A stretch of 24,000 nt of DNA from Candidatus Hodarchaeota archaeon (GTDB lineage Archaea; Asgardarchaeota; Wukongarchaeia; Wukongarchaeales; Wukongarchaeaceae): the NCBI GenBank assembly GCA_048886645.1, contig JBHLKN010000016.1:5904-29903 (forward strand). Reading direction: 5' to 3'. The notes under the pieces were generated by a model. That model was not told the origin of the DNA. It did not search any database and saw only the letters and a list, made by a program, of their open reading frames with translations. Of this stretch, positions 20,565 to 24,000 are shown one piece after another. Within the stretch, counting starts at the first letter, position 1. Each line of letters starts with the position of its first letter. Made by a program: the position numbers and the translations under genes.

Positions 20565-23177
20565 TTGGGTTGGTTTATTATGGCGTATTGTACTTTGGAT
20601 CAGTGGGTCTCAAGAGGAGTAGAGGAGACGGGAAAGCATTTAGAGCTTGAATCATCCGTTGTTGAAACGGAATCTTCTACTGATGTTTTTAAGGGGTTTT
20701 CTGATAAAAACGTGTTTTTATTGCTTGGAGTTTGTTACGATGCTCAAAGCAATAAGGCATCTTTGATTCTTTATGATATTGAGAGGGAGGATGTTGTTAG
20801 GTGGGTTGATAGGACGGGTCATAAGCCCTATTTTCTTACTAACATGTCTCCAGAAGAGTTGTGGGAAAAACCAGCGTTTTCCCAAATTGATGGGAAAATA
20901 GTGGAGATGTTAGATGTTTCTTTAAAAAATTTGATTAGGGATAAAGAGGCTAGAATGACGAAAATAGTAACAAATAATCCTCTTGATGTTCGCTCTCTCA
21001 GAAATTTTGTACCTAAGGCTTGGGAGGCGCATATTAAGTATTACTTAAACTATATCTATGATCTGGGGATAGTTCCAGGGCATTTTGTTAAGATTGAAGG
21101 GGATAGAGTTTCGCGTTTGGATTTCGGTGAAAAGGATGTTCTGGAAGAGTTTGTGTTTCTTTTTAAAGAAAAGGGTTTAGAGTCTCGTTATAAGGATCTT
21201 GTTGAGGAGTATATGCCGCTTTTCATCTCTCCTATCCCAGACATTAAGCGTGTTGCTATTGATATAGAAGTGTATGCTTCTGTTGAGGGGCGAATGCCTG
21301 ATCCAACCGATGTTGAGGAGGAAGTTATAGCAGCATCAATAGTAGATAACAGGGGAAGAAATGAAGTAATCTTACTGGACAGAGAGGGAAAAGTTTCTGA
21401 AAAGGAGCAGAAGAACTTTATAATCACTTCTGTGGATACGGAAAAAAAGCTCATTGAAGAACTGTTTAAGGTTTTGGACAGTTATCCTGTTGTTTTAACT
21501 TTTAACGGCGATAATTTTGATCTTAAATATCTCTATAACCGTGCTATTAAGCTTAAAATTCCCAAGGAAAATATTCCGATAATTTTGGGGAAAAACGCCG
21601 CTTCACTCAGAAAGGGTGTTCATGTCGATTTATATCGTTTTTTCATTAACCACTCCATCAAGGATTCAGCTTTTGGGGGAAGGTATAAGGAAGGAACGTT
21701 AGATGCTGTGGCTAAAGCTTTGGTTGGTGAGGGAAAACTTGAGATAGAAGATTTTGTATCAAAGCTCGGATCTTATGAATTAGCAAATTACTGTTGGCGT
21801 GACAGCGATATCACATTAAAACTTACAACTTTTGACAGCGATTTAGTGATGAAACTTATAGTTCTCCTTATGAGAATCTCAAGATTACCCATAGAAGATG
21901 TTACAAGGTTTGGTGTAAGTATCTGGATAAAAAACCTCTTTTATCATGAACATAGGCGCAAAAACTATCTGATACCCCGCTATGAGGATATAAAAGAAAA
22001 AGGTTCTGCGGTGACAAAGGCCATAATTAAGGATAAAAAGTATAAGGGGGCTATTGTGGTAGAGCCTGAGGAGGGTATACATTTCAAAGTTAAAGTTTTA
22101 GACTTTTCAAGCCTATACCCAAGCATAATCAAAACCCATAATCTTTCTTATGAGACAGTTAATTGCCCCCATCCAGAATGTGGAAACAAGAAAGTGCCAG
22201 ATACCACCCATTGGGTTTGTGAGAAAAATGATGGAATAATGTCATTAATAATCGGGTTTTTAAGGGATATAAGGGTTTTTTGGTTCAAGCCTAGATCCAA
22301 AGATAAAGGTTTGACGCAAGCGCAAAGGGAACTTTATTCTGTGGTGGAACGTTCGGTAAAAGTTTTTGTAAACGCAAGTTATGGCGTTTTAGGTGCAGAA
22401 ACTTTTCCTCTCTATTGCCCTCCTGTTGCTGAAAGCACTACCGCCATCGGTAGATACGCTATAACTCAAACAATAAAAAGAGCAGAAGAAATCGGTATCA
22501 ATGTTCTTTATGGTGACACTGACTCGTTATTCATTAAAAACCCCACAACTGAACAAATTAACGGCTTGATTAAATGGTGTCGCAAAGAGTTAGGGTTGGA
22601 TCTTGAGGTGGATAAAGTTTATCGATATGTGGCATTAAGCGCTCGAAAAAAGAACTATTTAGGCGTTCATAAAGATGGGCTTGTGGACGTTAAAGGCCTT
22701 ATGGGAAAGAAGCGAAACACGCCAAAATTCTTAAGAGAAGCCTTTTATACCATGCTCGAAGAACTTGGAAAAGTAACTTCTATAGAAGAGTTTGAAGAGG
22801 CAAAAGAAAAGATAAGAGAAATAGTTAGAAAATGTTACCGAAAACTCGAAAATGGAGAATACTCCTTCGAAGATCTCTCTTTCACGATTCAACTCAGTAA
22901 AGAACCAAAAGAGTACGTAAAAACAACCCCCCAGCATGTAAAAGCAGCCAAGCTTTTAGAACAAAAAGGAAGAACGATTAAGAGGGGCGATATAATAAAC
23001 TTTGTAAAAGTTAGAGGATCCCAAGCAGTAGTACCTATAAGCCAAGCAAGCAAATATGAAATCGATGTCCCAAAATACAAAGAGCACATACAAACAACTT
23101 TCAGCCAAGTTTTAGACTCATTAGGTATAAGCTTTACAGAGGTTTTAGGCCTTACAAGCCTAGATACTTTCCTCTAA
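20565..23177 (+). CDS. polB: Family B DNA polymerase
   Basis: ExoI VAIDIEVYA, ExoII FNGDNFDLKYL, ExoIII YCWRDSDITLKL, motif A LDFSSLYPSII, motif B KVFVNASYGVLG and motif C LYGDTDSLFI. The likely start is ATG 20580 (the track ORF begins at TTG 20565). Confidence 0.94.
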   Translation: MGWFIMAYCTLDQWVSRGVEETGKHLELESSVVETESSTDVFKGFSDKNVFLLLGVCYDAQSNKASLILYDIEREDVVRWVDRTGHKPYFLTNMSPEELWEKPAFSQIDGKIVEMLDVSLKNLIRDKEARMTKIVTNNPLDVRSLRNFVPKAWEAHIKYYLNYIYDLGIVPGHFVKIEGDRVSRLDFGEKDVLEEFVFLFKEKGLESRYKDLVEEYMPLFISPIPDIKRVAIDIEVYASVEGRMPDPTDVEEEVIAASIVDNRGRNEVILLDREGKVSEKEQKNFIITSVDTEKKLIEELFKVLDSYPVVLTFNGDNFDLKYLYNRAIKLKIPKENIPIILGKNAASLRKGVHVDLYRFFINHSIKDSAFGGRYKEGTLDAVAKALVGEGKLEIEDFVSKLGSYELANYCWRDSDITLKLTTFDSDLVMKLIVLLMRISRLPIEDVTRFGVSIWIKNLFYHEHRRKNYLIPRYEDIKEKGSAVTKAIIKDKKYKGAIVVEPEEGIHFKVKVLDFSSLYPSIIKTHNLSYETVNCPHPECGNKKVPDTTHWVCEKNDGIMSLIIGFLRDIRVFWFKPRSKDKGLTQAQRELYSVVERSVKVFVNASYGVLGAETFPLYCPPVAESTTAIGRYAITQTIKRAEEIGINVLYGDTDSLFIKNPTTEQINGLIKWCRKELGLDLEVDKVYRYVALSARKKNYLGVHKDGLVDVKGLMGKKRNTPKFLREAFYTMLEELGKVTSIEEFEEAKEKIREIVRKCYRKLENGEYSFEDLSFTIQLSKEPKEYVKTTPQHVKAAKLLEQKGRTIKRGDIINFVKVRGSQAVVPISQASKYEIDVPKYKEHIQTTFSQVLDSLGISFTEVLGLTSLDTFL

Positions 23178-23207
23178 AAACAGTAAAAACTGAAAATAGG
23201 CTTAAAG

Positions 23208-23867
23208 TTAAAACGTGTTTTTCTTAATAAAGTGTTCATAATTTTCTTTCAATTTTTGGAGGATTAATTTCGCTTCTGAGAGTTTATTGTTTACAAAAGA
23301 TTTCAGGAAGCGTTCGACTAATGAATCTTTTTTCTCTTCGTCATACTCGATGATTTCCAAGTAAATTTCCAATTTCTCTTGGTCTCTTTTTGCGCATTCT
23401 ATTACGTTTTCAAGTTCTGCAGTAGATATAAGGAGCTCTACGATCTTTTCTCTGCTTTTATCAACATTAGAAATAAACTCGATAAAGTCATTTAAAAGGA
23501 ATACTTTTCCGTATTTTTCACTAACAACAGTTTCTATAGAATCGAATCGGAGGTTTTTAACAAAACTTATTAGAAGTTTATGAATGAAAGCACGCTCATC
23601 AAACCATGACTGAATTTGGTCTAACACCCTTTTTATAGTATTTTTTTGGATCTTAAGAAAAGTTGTATAATCATAAAGTTGAATGGCTAAACTTTCTGTG
23701 TCTATTTTTCTTTGAATTTCTTCTCTTAAAGCTAATAGCAATATTCTCTCATGGATATTAGAAAATTCCTTTATAAGTTCCGTTTTTTCTGATAATTTAA
23801 CTTTGTTATCACGTTCTTTATCTTTTAAAATACGCCTTTCTCCCATGGATGGAAACTTAGGCTTCAT
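23208..23867 (-). CDS. Hypothetical all-helical protein (219 aa), convergent with polB
   Basis: Long ORF with an ATG start and composition similar to its neighbours. I recognise no motif. Confidence 0.55.
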   Translation of the reverse strand: MKPKFPSMGERRILKDKERDNKVKLSEKTELIKEFSNIHERILLLALREEIQRKIDTESLAIQLYDYTTFLKIQKNTIKRVLDQIQSWFDERAFIHKLLISFVKNLRFDSIETVVSEKYGKVFLLNDFIEFISNVDKSREKIVELLISTAELENVIECAKRDQEKLEIYLEIIEYDEEKKDSLVERFLKSFVNNKLSEAKLILQKLKENYEHFIKKNTF

Positions 23868-24000
23868 AAGATATATTCCCCCTCTTTAAACAAATTAAAC
23901 AATGTCATACGGTCGTATTACCTTATTCCTTGTTATTTATAATAGCGTTTTATTAAAAACTTTTTGTAAATAGTTGCCGATTTATCTTTCCTAAAGACAA

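Overview
AT-rich, gene-dense archaeal chromosome segment with about 20 real genes on both strands, short spacers and frequent TTG/GTG starts. Housekeeping genes include type II GAPDH, DnaG primase, an M24 Xaa-Pro peptidase, the F420 genes cofC and cofD, tRNA-Arg(GCG) and a family B DNA polymerase. The main feature is a eukaryote-type ESCRT locus at about 10.8-20.5 kb. It holds two ESCRT-III paralogs (Snf7/CHMP4-like and Vps2/CHMP2-like), a MIT-AAA Vps4 ATPase and a clear Vps25 (ESCRT-II) homolog. Several uncharacterised genes are interleaved with these. A 907-aa HerA/FtsK-superfamily ATPase sits between the two ESCRT-III genes. A 533-aa protein combines a FYVE-like zinc finger, a GRAM/GLUE-like PH domain and two SHOCT-like repeats. 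A DUF3786-like ORF starts 4 nt after the vps4 stop, and a SAM methyltransferase is also present. A 191-aa RNA polymerase subunit aligns over its whole length to eukaryotic Rpb5, not only to the short archaeal RpoH. Together these point to an Asgard-type, probably thermophilic, archaeon; that is inference, as no search was run. Other notable points are dnaG split by a 32-nt insertion flanked by an imperfect 8-nt direct repeat, a solo TnpB (IS200/IS605-type) element with an intact RuvC triad, a surface protein with 26 N-glycosylation sequons, and a perfect 30-bp tandem duplication upstream of gap. All homology calls are motif recognition by eye and need HMM or structure confirmation.
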